Assembly (NCBI GenBank): GCA_041498975.1
Contig: JBGQJI010000035.1
Coordinates: 1-20,602 of the forward strand
DNA from: Candidatus Methylomirabilis sp.
GTDB taxonomy: Bacteria > Methylomirabilota > Methylomirabilia > Methylomirabilales > Methylomirabilaceae
Direction of reading: 5' to 3'
DNA: 20,602 bases
The notes beneath the pieces are model-generated. The model saw nothing but the letters and a program-made list of their open reading frames with translations, was not told the DNA's origin and did no database searches. Positions 8,539 through 16,798 of the stretch are shown here, one piece after another. A program made the position numbers and the translations under genes. The stretch's first letter is position 1, and each line of letters starts with the position of its first letter.

Positions 8539-10266
8539 TCACACTCCTGGGTGCGCGAGCGGCAGGGTGATCTCCAGGCGAGCTCCAAAGTCGGTTGAAT
8601 TGATGGAGAGTGATCCACCCACGGAGGCAATCCTTTCCTTCAGCATCACCGGCCCCAGCTTCATGTCGGTTAACGCGGCGTGGTCATACTGCCCGCGGAA
8701 GGGGAAGCCGGTGCCGTTGTCCGCCACGACGATCCTGACCTGATTGTCCTGCATGCCCACCTCCACGCCTACGACGGAGGCGTTGGCATGCCGCGCGGCG
8801 TTCACCAGGGCCTCGCTCGCAATGTGATAGATCTCGTCTGCTAGTCCCTTGGAGATCCCCGCCTCCAGGTGCTCCTTCTTCAACTCTACGCGCAGGCCCC
8901 AGTCGCGCTCGATCCTTTTGGCCAGTTCGTCCAGGCGGGCGCCAAGCCTGGGCTCCGCCTCGGGCGAAGCGATCGTGGCTCGCTTCAGCCCGTGGATGAG
9001 GAAGCGCAAGTCGCGCTGCTGGGTGGCGATCAGGCGCTGGATTTCCAGCAAGGTCTCCATGGCCGCCTGCGGTTCCTCTTCCAGCAGGCGGCGCACCGTT
9101 TCCAGTTGCAAGGCCACCCCGGCGAGCGACTGGAGCAGGCCATCATGCAGGTCGCGGGCGAGGCGCATGTGCTCGTCTGTGACCGCCGCTTGCTGTAGCC
9201 CTTGCAGCAGGTAGAAATGGTCCATGCGGGCCGTCACCAGCCTGGCGACGATCTCTCCCAGGCCCAGGTCGTCAGAGGTCATCCGTGACCTGTCCAGGGA
9301 GAGGAGGCGCCCTTTCAGCGTTTCGCCACGCAGGCGCAACGAGAGGACGGCACTGATGGCAAACCATGCCTGCAGTGTGGTGTGGAGGGGCAACCCGCGC
9401 CAGCGCTGCACGCCGGCAGGTGACGTATGCAGCACCGAAGGCACCTCAGCGCGGACGTTCTGGCAGAGAAAATCAGCGTCGGCCAGCGGCTCAGCGACCA
9501 AAGGAAGGAAGGTGCCCGGCGCCTCGCGGCTCCAGTGGATTTCGCCACGGGGCCACAAGGCCAGGTTTAACCAGGGCTCTTCCCCCACCTGCCAGGCGAT
9601 GAGCAGTCGCGGCGAGCCGAGGATGCTGGCCGCGTGCTCCAGCACCTCTCGAACCAGCGGGCGGGCCTCTCGCGGGACCGAGCGTGGCCATCCGGCCAGC
9701 ATGGACAGTTCGCGACGCACCCGCGTTTCGTGCGCTCCCAGGACACCCAGGAAAACTGCCACCAGCCCGAGATACAGGCCATGGATTATGAGGCCGGGGA
9801 GCTCGGAGACCGGGTCGCGCAAGACCCCCGCCCCGTAGACACCCATTCCGATAAATGTCGCCAGGGCTGCCAACGCGGTCCACAGCGTCCCGCGCCACTG
9901 CCAGCGCAATGTGGCGGCCAGGAGCAGGAAGACAAAATAGAGGATAAAGGGACTGGTGGCGCCTTCGGTGAAAAAGATGAAGATGGAAAAGAAATAGATG
10001 AACAGGGAAAAGACCGCCAGATCCAAGACATGCGTAATGAGTGGCATGCGCCCTAGGGGAGCGCCCGGACGCAACACCAACAAGGCTACCAGCAATGCAT
10101 AGACCAGGTAGGCGATCGGAAAGGAGTAGGCGGACTTCGCGTACTTAGCAGGCTCAGAAGGGTCCAGCCAGATCGCGAGAAGGGTAAATGCCCCCAGTAC
10201 CACCCGTCCAGTGGCAATGAGGCATTCTGCGCGTCTCTGTGGAAAGTACGGCGAATCCATCAGCAC
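8539..10266 (-). CDS. Membrane-bound sensor histidine kinase (HisKA_3 + HATPase)
   Basis: N-terminal multi-TM region, GAF-like middle, RLARDLHDGLLQSL H-box, EALVNAARHA N-box, DNGTGF G1 box; alternative ATG at 10260. Confidence 0.93.
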   Translation of the reverse strand: MLMDSPYFPQRRAECLIATGRVVLGAFTLLAIWLDPSEPAKYAKSAYSFPIAYLVYALLVALLVLRPGAPLGRMPLITHVLDLAVFSLFIYFFSIFIFFTEGATSPFILYFVFLLLAATLRWQWRGTLWTALAALATFIGMGVYGAGVLRDPVSELPGLIIHGLYLGLVAVFLGVLGAHETRVRRELSMLAGWPRSVPREARPLVREVLEHAASILGSPRLLIAWQVGEEPWLNLALWPRGEIHWSREAPGTFLPLVAEPLADADFLCQNVRAEVPSVLHTSPAGVQRWRGLPLHTTLQAWFAISAVLSLRLRGETLKGRLLSLDRSRMTSDDLGLGEIVARLVTARMDHFYLLQGLQQAAVTDEHMRLARDLHDGLLQSLAGVALQLETVRRLLEEEPQAAMETLLEIQRLIATQQRDLRFLIHGLKRATIASPEAEPRLGARLDELAKRIERDWGLRVELKKEHLEAGISKGLADEIYHIASEALVNAARHANASVVGVEVGMQDNQVRIVVADNGTGFPFRGQYDHAALTDMKLGPVMLKERIASVGGSLSINSTDFGARLEITLPLAHPGV

Positions 10267-10292
10267 CCTGGTTCATGTCAAGCGCCTTGAAT

Positions 10293-10322
10293 AGCCTAGG
10301 TGCGCTTCCCTGGCCTTGTCAA
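10293..10322 (-). promoter_or_regulatory. Sigma70-type promoter for kinase-regulator operon
   Basis: Minus strand TTGACA-N18-TAGGCT about 30 nt upstream of the kinase start. Confidence 0.55.
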
Positions 10323-10732
10323 GGGAATTTCCCGGAGTCCAGGAGTCCGGCCTCCAGCCATTCGACTGCTCTTGCAGGAGTGGCTCGCGAACTCCACAAG
10401 CCCTTCCACTCTTCTTGCCCCGGCGCGCTCACAACCGCATTGGGGATGAGCGCTGCACCCCCCGTTGAACCCCGTCATCGCACTGTCGGGCCCACCGCGC
10501 CTTCGACCGGCTGAAGCGGCCAAACGGCTTCCGGAGCAACGGCTTCGAAAAGCTTCACATGAGGAATGACTTCCCTCAGCGGACCTTCCCCATCTACGAG
10601 CTGTTCTCAGCAAGGGTCACACACCGAACACTGCTATCAATGCTGAGACCGCGAGCAGAAACGCTTCTGCTATAAGCTGACAGCCGCGCAAACCCCGCGG
10701 ATCGCACATCTCCCGGCAAGAGCACCGAGCAC

Positions 10733-10805
10733 TAAGGCCATTGGGCCGAACTTTCGGGCCAATTATATATCGAAAGTTATAAAAATATCTATCCTTTACT
10801 ATATT
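10733..10805. promoter_or_regulatory. Cluster of imperfect palindromes resembling NarL/DosR-type operator boxes in AT-rich DNA
   Basis: TAAGGCC-ATTG-GGCCGAA, GCCGAAC-TTTC-GGGCCAA, ATATATC-GAAA-GTTATAA, TCTATCC-TTTA-CTATATT; 10761-10800 has only 7 G/C in 40 nt. Confidence 0.4.
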
Positions 10806-10971
10806 GTGCCCCGTCGAGCCTGCCACTACAGTAATTAAAAGAAGACAGAGTTAGGTAAGACAAATTTAGAAACCGCTTCATTCCAGAAAGAATGACTAAG
10901 TTGAGTCTTATCAGAGTAAGAAAAGCATTGCCCCACTTTATTCGTCACCCTTCACAGGAGCGCAACGGGGC

Positions 10972-11127
10972 ATGTCGGCAACCGGTAGAATCCCGGCGTT
11001 CTCTCCTCGTGCTGTTTCTATGCCGAATGGTGAGGATGCCAAGCTTGACTTGGGCGCTACGTACATCGGGAGGACGTCCCGGCGATCCGTATCGGACGTC
11101 GGGCCACCCAGGAGGAGGGCAGCATGA
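10972..11127 (+). CDS. Putative 51-aa small ORF overlapping the radical SAM start (ATGA)
   Basis: AGGAG at 10956-10960, ATG at 10972 (alternative 11020), MSATGRIPAFSPRAVSMPNGEDAKLDLGATYIGRTSRRSVSDVGPPRRRAA; no recognised homology. Confidence 0.3.
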   Translation: MSATGRIPAFSPRAVSMPNGEDAKLDLGATYIGRTSRRSVSDVGPPRRRAA

Positions 11128-13613
11128 ACGGCGCGAACGGTAACGGCAGCAACGTGGATCGAGTGAAGGAACTGCACGCGCATATCGACAAACAACAGCA
11201 GCGGCGACAGAGCAACAAGGTGCTCCACGCCCATCCTTCCCCCCTCTTCTGGCTGGAGCGGAATGTGCCAGTGAAAGAGATGATGACCGAGCGTGTCGTG
11301 GCGAACGCGGCAATTCCAAAGCGGGTCAACCTGTATGTGGGCACGCCCTACTGTCTCCCCACGAATCCCGACAGGTGCGGCTTCTGTCTGTTTCCGAGCG
11401 AGGTGTACCAGGGGCAGGATCAGTTGGATACGTATCTGAAATACCTCGAGTGGGAAGGACGGAGATATCAGCAGTTCTTCGACGGCGCTGAGCTGGCGAG
11501 CATCTATTTCGGGGGAGGGACGTCCAATCTCTACAAGCCGGAGGATTACCACAAGCTTCTGGGGATCGTGAGAGGGGTCTTCCCGACGATCCCGGCGGAC
11601 ATCGAGATCACCCTAGAAGGCATTCCCCAGCTTTTCACACGGGAGAAGCTCGAGGCGATGAAAGCGGCCGGGGTCAACCGGATCAGCATGGGTGTACAAC
11701 AGCTCGACGATGAGATGATCAAACTCAGCGGACGAAAGCAGAAGGCCAAGCACGCCTTCCAGACACTCGAGTGGTGCCAGGAACTGGGGCTCCAGAGCAG
11801 CGTCGATCTCATCTTCGGATGGCCGCGGCAGACGATCGAGCTGATGCTGAAGGACCTGGATGCCATCGTCGGGACCGGTATCCGTCACCTCACTCACTAC
11901 GAATTGAACGTGGCCGGCCGGACCGATTTCGCTCGCAATCACCGGGACGAACTCCCTTCAACCGAGCAGAACGTCGAGATGTATCGGGTATCCAAGCAGT
12001 TCCTCGAGAGCCATGGATTTCGGCAGGTGACTGCCTACGACTGGGAGAAGCCGACCCTCGGCCTCTCTGGCGAGTACCTCTTCGAGGAGCACATGCGTCA
12101 CTTCTTCACCTGTGACAAGGAACAGGGGATCGTGGGCTACGACATGTGGGGCTGGGGATTCGCCGGCGTCTCCTACTTCCTGGGCACGCCGGAGATGCCG
12201 GGTTGGACGTACATGAACTGTCCCAGGGTGGGAGAGTACTTCGGTCGTCTCGACGAAAGTCGGTTCCCCATCGACCGGGGGTTCCACTACACCCAGAAGG
12301 ATCTGCGAATCGCCTGGCTCTTCCAAACCCTCCAGGGGATGAGCGTCGATCTGAGTGGCTACCGGAAGATCTTCGGCTTCGACCTCCTGGAAGAGTACGC
12401 CGACACCTGGCAGGCCCTGACCGAGCGGGGATGGGTCGAGATCACCCAGGAGAAGGTCATGCTGGTGGGGGACGGGGTCTTCTACACCCCCCTGATTCAG
12501 GGCCTGCTCGCGCATGAGCGGATGGAGGAGATGAGGAAGAGCAAATCGGCAGCGGGCGCGTTGCTCGAGGTCCCGCCGGAGTTCCCGCAGAAAGCCGCTA
12601 CGCGGATGCCTGCCGAAATCGGTCAGCTTCCAGAAAACGTCATTCCCTTCCCGGAGATCGAGACCCCAGTCCCGAGCGTGATAACCCCCTCTCGCCAGGT
12701 CGCGCCCCGATCGCGAGAGGTCGGGGAGCCCGAGTATTACCGCGAGCAGACGAAGGATAGCGTCGATCTCTCACTCCTCAGGATCTCTCACGACATCCGG
12801 CATGACGTTCCTATCCTTCTGACTCACGGGACATTCTCCAACGCCCAGGTCTGCACGAGGCTGGCCGGATACCTGGCCGAGAATGGTTTCGACTGTTGGA
12901 TCCTTGAGCTGAGGGGTCACGGCCGAAGCGAGGCAGGAGACGGTCACCTGGACTTCGAGCGGTTCAGCGAGTTCGACGTGCCGGCGGCGCTGCGGGCAGT
13001 GCTCCACCGGACCAGAAAGGAACACCTCCTCTGGGTCGGGCATAGCGGGGGTGGGCTGGTCCTCCTGATGCACCTAGCGCGGAACCCAGAGGCCTGCGCG
13101 CGGATCAAGGGGATCGTGACGCTGGCCAGCCAGGCCACCGAGGCGGGAGCAACCTGGGCCGGCCGGGCGAAGATCGCGCTCGGCGCCATGGCGAACAATC
13201 TGATCGGCTACTCGCCTGGCCCATTGCTCAAGCTGGGCCCGGAGAACGAATTCAAGGGCGTGATGAACCAGTGGTTCCGCTGGAACTGGAACCGCCAATG
13301 GACCGGAAAAGACGGCTTCGACTACCTCGAGGCAATGAGGAGGGTCGACGTCCCCGCGCTCTGCTTTGCAGGAGGCGGAGATCGGTTCATCGCCCCCTAT
13401 CAGGGTTGCCGCCGGCTCTACGACGCGCTAGGAAGCCTCGATAAGCGGATGGCGTTCTGCGCCAAGTCGGAGGGGTACGGTGAGGATTACAGCCACGCGC
13501 GGATCATCGCGAGCCGTCAGGCACAACAGGAGATCTGGCCCATGATCGCGGAATGGCTGACCAAGCGGGCGCGATCGATGCAGGGCGATAGAGAGCTCGT
13601 CCGAGTCGCTTAG
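11124..13613 (+). CDS. Fusion protein: HemN-like (class C type) radical SAM domain + Pro-rich linker + alpha/beta hydrolase
   Basis: LYVGTPYC-x7-CGFC, IYFGGGT, RISMGVQ, DLIFGWPRQT in aa 1-~470; LLTHG, ELRGHGRS, GHSGGG (Ser641), GGGD (Asp753), YSH (His791); AGGAGG RBS; single uninterrupted frame. Confidence 0.9.
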   Translation: MNGANGNGSNVDRVKELHAHIDKQQQRRQSNKVLHAHPSPLFWLERNVPVKEMMTERVVANAAIPKRVNLYVGTPYCLPTNPDRCGFCLFPSEVYQGQDQLDTYLKYLEWEGRRYQQFFDGAELASIYFGGGTSNLYKPEDYHKLLGIVRGVFPTIPADIEITLEGIPQLFTREKLEAMKAAGVNRISMGVQQLDDEMIKLSGRKQKAKHAFQTLEWCQELGLQSSVDLIFGWPRQTIELMLKDLDAIVGTGIRHLTHYELNVAGRTDFARNHRDELPSTEQNVEMYRVSKQFLESHGFRQVTAYDWEKPTLGLSGEYLFEEHMRHFFTCDKEQGIVGYDMWGWGFAGVSYFLGTPEMPGWTYMNCPRVGEYFGRLDESRFPIDRGFHYTQKDLRIAWLFQTLQGMSVDLSGYRKIFGFDLLEEYADTWQALTERGWVEITQEKVMLVGDGVFYTPLIQGLLAHERMEEMRKSKSAAGALLEVPPEFPQKAATRMPAEIGQLPENVIPFPEIETPVPSVITPSRQVAPRSREVGEPEYYREQTKDSVDLSLLRISHDIRHDVPILLTHGTFSNAQVCTRLAGYLAENGFDCWILELRGHGRSEAGDGHLDFERFSEFDVPAALRAVLHRTRKEHLLWVGHSGGGLVLLMHLARNPEACARIKGIVTLASQATEAGATWAGRAKIALGAMANNLIGYSPGPLLKLGPENEFKGVMNQWFRWNWNRQWTGKDGFDYLEAMRRVDVPALCFAGGGDRFIAPYQGCRRLYDALGSLDKRMAFCAKSEGYGEDYSHARIIASRQAQQEIWPMIAEWLTKRARSMQGDRELVRVA

Positions 13614-13868
13614 GGAGGCCACGCGGCCGCACGGCGAATGGCCCAACGCCGTGAAAGGCAGCCCGTGTCGTCGCAGAGGACCTTTGGGGGAACGCAGAGC
13701 CGCCTGTAGCACGGCACAAGCGAACACGACGAGTCCAGGTGCGAGACATTTCACTCGGCGGCGTGCCTCATGGGTTGGGCATTCGGCCACCCTCGGCCGA
13801 AAGATTTCTCGCTCCACCTCAGAGAACGGTGCCCGCAAGCCCGATATCGGAGGGAGCCGGAGGCGCGC

Positions 13869-13974
13869 GAGTGCCGTCCCAACTTGTTCGGACACATCGC
13901 ACAAGTATCCGACGGCCGATCCGGATGCCTGCGGGTCATCTTATCATTCGGCGGATAACGTTCGAACGGCACTA
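13869..13974. mobile_element. 106-bp MITE-like element, copy B
   Basis: Imperfect inverted ends gagtgccgtcccaacttgttcg / cggataacgttcgaacggcacta; right 30 nt are 23/30 identical to copy A. Confidence 0.6.
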
Positions 13975-16530
13975 GATCTTTTCGCGAAGATCCATCCCCT
14001 CCGCCACGAGTGCCATGACGTCGTGGTACTGGAAGGGCTTGTTCAAGACCAGATCGACTCCAGCCTCTTTCAGCTTCCCGCGGTCAAGCGTCAGGCCCCA
14101 CCCTGTGACGAGGGCCACGGGGGTCTTCGGGGCTAACCCCTTGATGGCTGCGGCCACCTCCCAACCCGAACACTCCGGCATGCCCAGGTCGGTGAGGACG
14201 AGATCGAAGTCAGTCTGGCGGAAAAGGCGGAGCCCTTCTCTACCACCGCCTGCCTGAACCACGGTGTGGCCCGCCGCCTCGAGGATATCTGAGAGGAGTT
14301 CGCGCACCATGCCATCATCGTCGATGATCAGGATGCGTCCTGGCTTGGCTAACGGTGCCGGTTTCGGTAGTGGCGCCGATCGGAGCTTCGAGGGGATCGG
14401 CAGCCTGATCTCGATGGTTGTGCCGTGCCCGGGATTGCTGCGGACGTTGATTTCGCCGTGGTGGCCTCTGATAATTCCGTACGACACGCTCAGGCCGAGG
14501 CCAGTCCCCTTGATCCCCTTGGTGGTGAAGAAAGGATCGAAGATCCTGGCTTTGACTTCTTCGCTCATCCCGATCCCCGTGTCCGACACGCTGGCGTAAA
14601 CCCACCCATCTACCTCTTCGGTCTTGAAGGTAAGCTTCCCTCCCTCCGGCATCGCCTCTACGGCATTGAAGACGAGATTGGTCAGGACCTCCCGGAGTTC
14701 GGAGATATTCCCCATCACGGGGGGGATCTTCCCGTAGCCGGTCTCCATCTCGATGGTCGCGCCGGCTAGGTTGGCCTCGTCCTTCCACTTGGCTTCGGTG
14801 ATGGCCAGCGTATCTTTGATGGCCTGGTTCAGGTCCACCGGGAAGAACTCTTCTTCTCGCCGCTTCCGGGTGAAGTGCTGCAAGCGGCGGACGGTATTGG
14901 CCCCATCCAGTGCCGCCTTTTCGATCGCGTCAAGGCCTCGCTTGGTCTCCTCGTCCAGGACCACCCGGCGCAGCAGTTGGGCCCGGCCAAGGATCGCGCC
15001 CAAAATGTTGTTGAAGTCATGGGCCACCCCTGACGCCATTTCACCCAAGGCGTGAAGCCGCTCGGTCCGCAGGAGCTGTTGCTCCAGTTGCTTCCGCTCC
15101 GTGATATCCCTCGCGATTCCCTGCCAGCCGGTCACGCGGCCCATTGCATCCCGTACCGTAACAGTCCCGATCTCAACGGGGACGACGCCAGAGCCGTCCT
15201 TCTTCACCATCTCCAACTCGTAGAAGCTGAATGGGTCCTTCCCTCTTGCCGCCCTGGCGAAGATCTCCTGAGCCCGGCGCTGGCTCTGGGGAGTCAGGAT
15301 ATCGGTGGAGTAGCGACCCACTAGCTCCCCTGGTTTGTACCCGAGGATTTCCTCAACCTTCGGGTTCAGGTACGTAAATCGCCCTTCACGGTCCAACGCG
15401 TAGATGACGTCACGGACGTGTTCGGCCAGCAGCCGGTATTTCTCCTCTGAGGCCTTCACCGCCTGGGCATGGGTCTGGACCGCTTCGAACAGCTTCGCGT
15501 TCTCGATGGCGATCGCGGCTTGGCGGGCGATCGCATCGACCAATCTCACATTCTCCTCTGCAAACTTTTGCCGCGCATCCCACCAGACAGCAAGCAACCC
15601 TCCGATCGGCTGGTCCTTGACGAGCATGGGAACGAACAGGATGGAGCGATGCGGGAGGTTCCGAAAGATGTCATGGGCGCACCTGGGATCCGTGGAGGTA
15701 TCATCGGTGTAGACCGCGGACTTCTTCTCCCACGCCTCTTGGAGAAGCAGGTTCCCTTTGAGCGGAAGCTGGGTTCCCATGAACACACCGAGACGCTCCC
15801 TCGGCACGTGGTATCCAGCGAAAGGATTGAGGTTACCCGTCGAGGGGTCCAGCACGTAGGCCCCCACAGTATCGGCCGAGAGCACACGGGCGACCGCTCG
15901 CGCGATGCGCCGGACCGCTTCTTGGAGATCGAGGGTGGAATTGACGGAATAGCTGACCTCGAGCAGCGTTTGCGTCTCTTTCAGGCTTGCCTGCGTCTCA
16001 CCGATCAGCCGGGCGTTTTCCAGCGCGATGCTCAGTTGGCGCGCGATCGTCTGTAGTAACAGCAGCTCATTGGTTGAGAAGGATGACGATCGGGACTTGG
16101 CCAGGTTCAGCATACCGATCGCCCGATCCTGGCCGATAAGGGGAACGCACGCGTGAGCGACAACTGGCAGCCCGGACAGGGCTAGCCGAGGACACTGATC
16201 GATGACACTGCATTCGAGGGGCGGATCGGCCCCTATGAGGGAGCGAAGGCAGGGGCAGTCCAGGCAGGTGAGGTTGGCGGCTTCCGGTCGAATCTGAGCA
16301 GTATGTCTGACCGCAGCAAGGTAGACCCTACCCTGCGGATCCGCTGTGACGGCGGGCCAGACCCGACTGTCCGGTGGATCCTGGGCAAGGTAGATCCAGC
16401 CGAGGACCGCATCGTCAACCGCCTTCAGGAGCTCCTCTAGAACGGTATCCAGGAGCTTGTCGGGCGCCGACGACCGAACCGCGGTCGAAACCGCCATGAC
16501 GGCCGAGAGACTCCTACTAGGCACGTCCAT
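13972..16530 (-). CDS. Cytoplasmic hybrid sensor kinase GAF-GAF-PAS-HisKA-HATPase-REC
   Basis: Two GAFs ending IALENARL / IAIENAKL; PAS (SEEKYRLLAE...ARDITERK); H-box GVAHDFNNIL; NAVEAM, DTGIGM, FDPFFTTK, GTGLGL; C-terminal REC (IIDDD, TDLGMP, KPF). Confidence 0.95.
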   Translation of the reverse strand: MDVPSRSLSAVMAVSTAVRSSAPDKLLDTVLEELLKAVDDAVLGWIYLAQDPPDSRVWPAVTADPQGRVYLAAVRHTAQIRPEAANLTCLDCPCLRSLIGADPPLECSVIDQCPRLALSGLPVVAHACVPLIGQDRAIGMLNLAKSRSSSFSTNELLLLQTIARQLSIALENARLIGETQASLKETQTLLEVSYSVNSTLDLQEAVRRIARAVARVLSADTVGAYVLDPSTGNLNPFAGYHVPRERLGVFMGTQLPLKGNLLLQEAWEKKSAVYTDDTSTDPRCAHDIFRNLPHRSILFVPMLVKDQPIGGLLAVWWDARQKFAEENVRLVDAIARQAAIAIENAKLFEAVQTHAQAVKASEEKYRLLAEHVRDVIYALDREGRFTYLNPKVEEILGYKPGELVGRYSTDILTPQSQRRAQEIFARAARGKDPFSFYELEMVKKDGSGVVPVEIGTVTVRDAMGRVTGWQGIARDITERKQLEQQLLRTERLHALGEMASGVAHDFNNILGAILGRAQLLRRVVLDEETKRGLDAIEKAALDGANTVRRLQHFTRKRREEEFFPVDLNQAIKDTLAITEAKWKDEANLAGATIEMETGYGKIPPVMGNISELREVLTNLVFNAVEAMPEGGKLTFKTEEVDGWVYASVSDTGIGMSEEVKARIFDPFFTTKGIKGTGLGLSVSYGIIRGHHGEINVRSNPGHGTTIEIRLPIPSKLRSAPLPKPAPLAKPGRILIIDDDGMVRELLSDILEAAGHTVVQAGGGREGLRLFRQTDFDLVLTDLGMPECSGWEVAAAIKGLAPKTPVALVTGWGLTLDRGKLKEAGVDLVLNKPFQYHDVMALVAEGMDLREKI

Positions 16531-16798
16531 TGCATCCCTATTTCTTGCCCCGGCGAGGCGCCCGACAGACGCCTATCCGGGAGGCAACACCCTAGCAGAA
16601 AAAGGCGCGGGAGGCAACGAGAAAGTAAAGGAAGCCATCCGAGACCAGGGCAGCTCGGGAAGGCATCAAGACTTTTCTGGATCCGGGAACCCTTCCAGGC
16701 GAAGCCAAACACCGCCACGAGACAAGCGGACCCCGCGATCGAACGGCCAAGCCAGAGCTTTCCCAGTCCGTCGGCAGGAGGCGGAAACCCCCCGATCT

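Noticed and set aside
8538..8630. Longer start for the response regulator
   Set aside because: Overlaps the kinase C-terminus; the REC domain begins at ATG 8537
10296..10826. Minus-strand ORFs of 105 aa and 69 aa in the divergent intergenic region
   Set aside because: No motifs; they overlap the predicted promoter and operator sequences
11124..12540. Calling the radical SAM gene hemN/hemW or the menaquinone methyltransferase mqnK because mqnD and a hemQ-like gene are nearby
   Set aside because: Lacks the HemN PRYTSYP and HxPFC motifs, has atypical Cys spacing and a hydrolase fusion, and is not co-transcribed with mqnD; cannot be fully excluded without phylogeny
13614..13971. Small ORFs between the fusion gene and the hybrid kinase as precursor peptides
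   Set aside because: No clear RBS, Arg/Pro-rich shadow composition, and overlap with the MITE-like element
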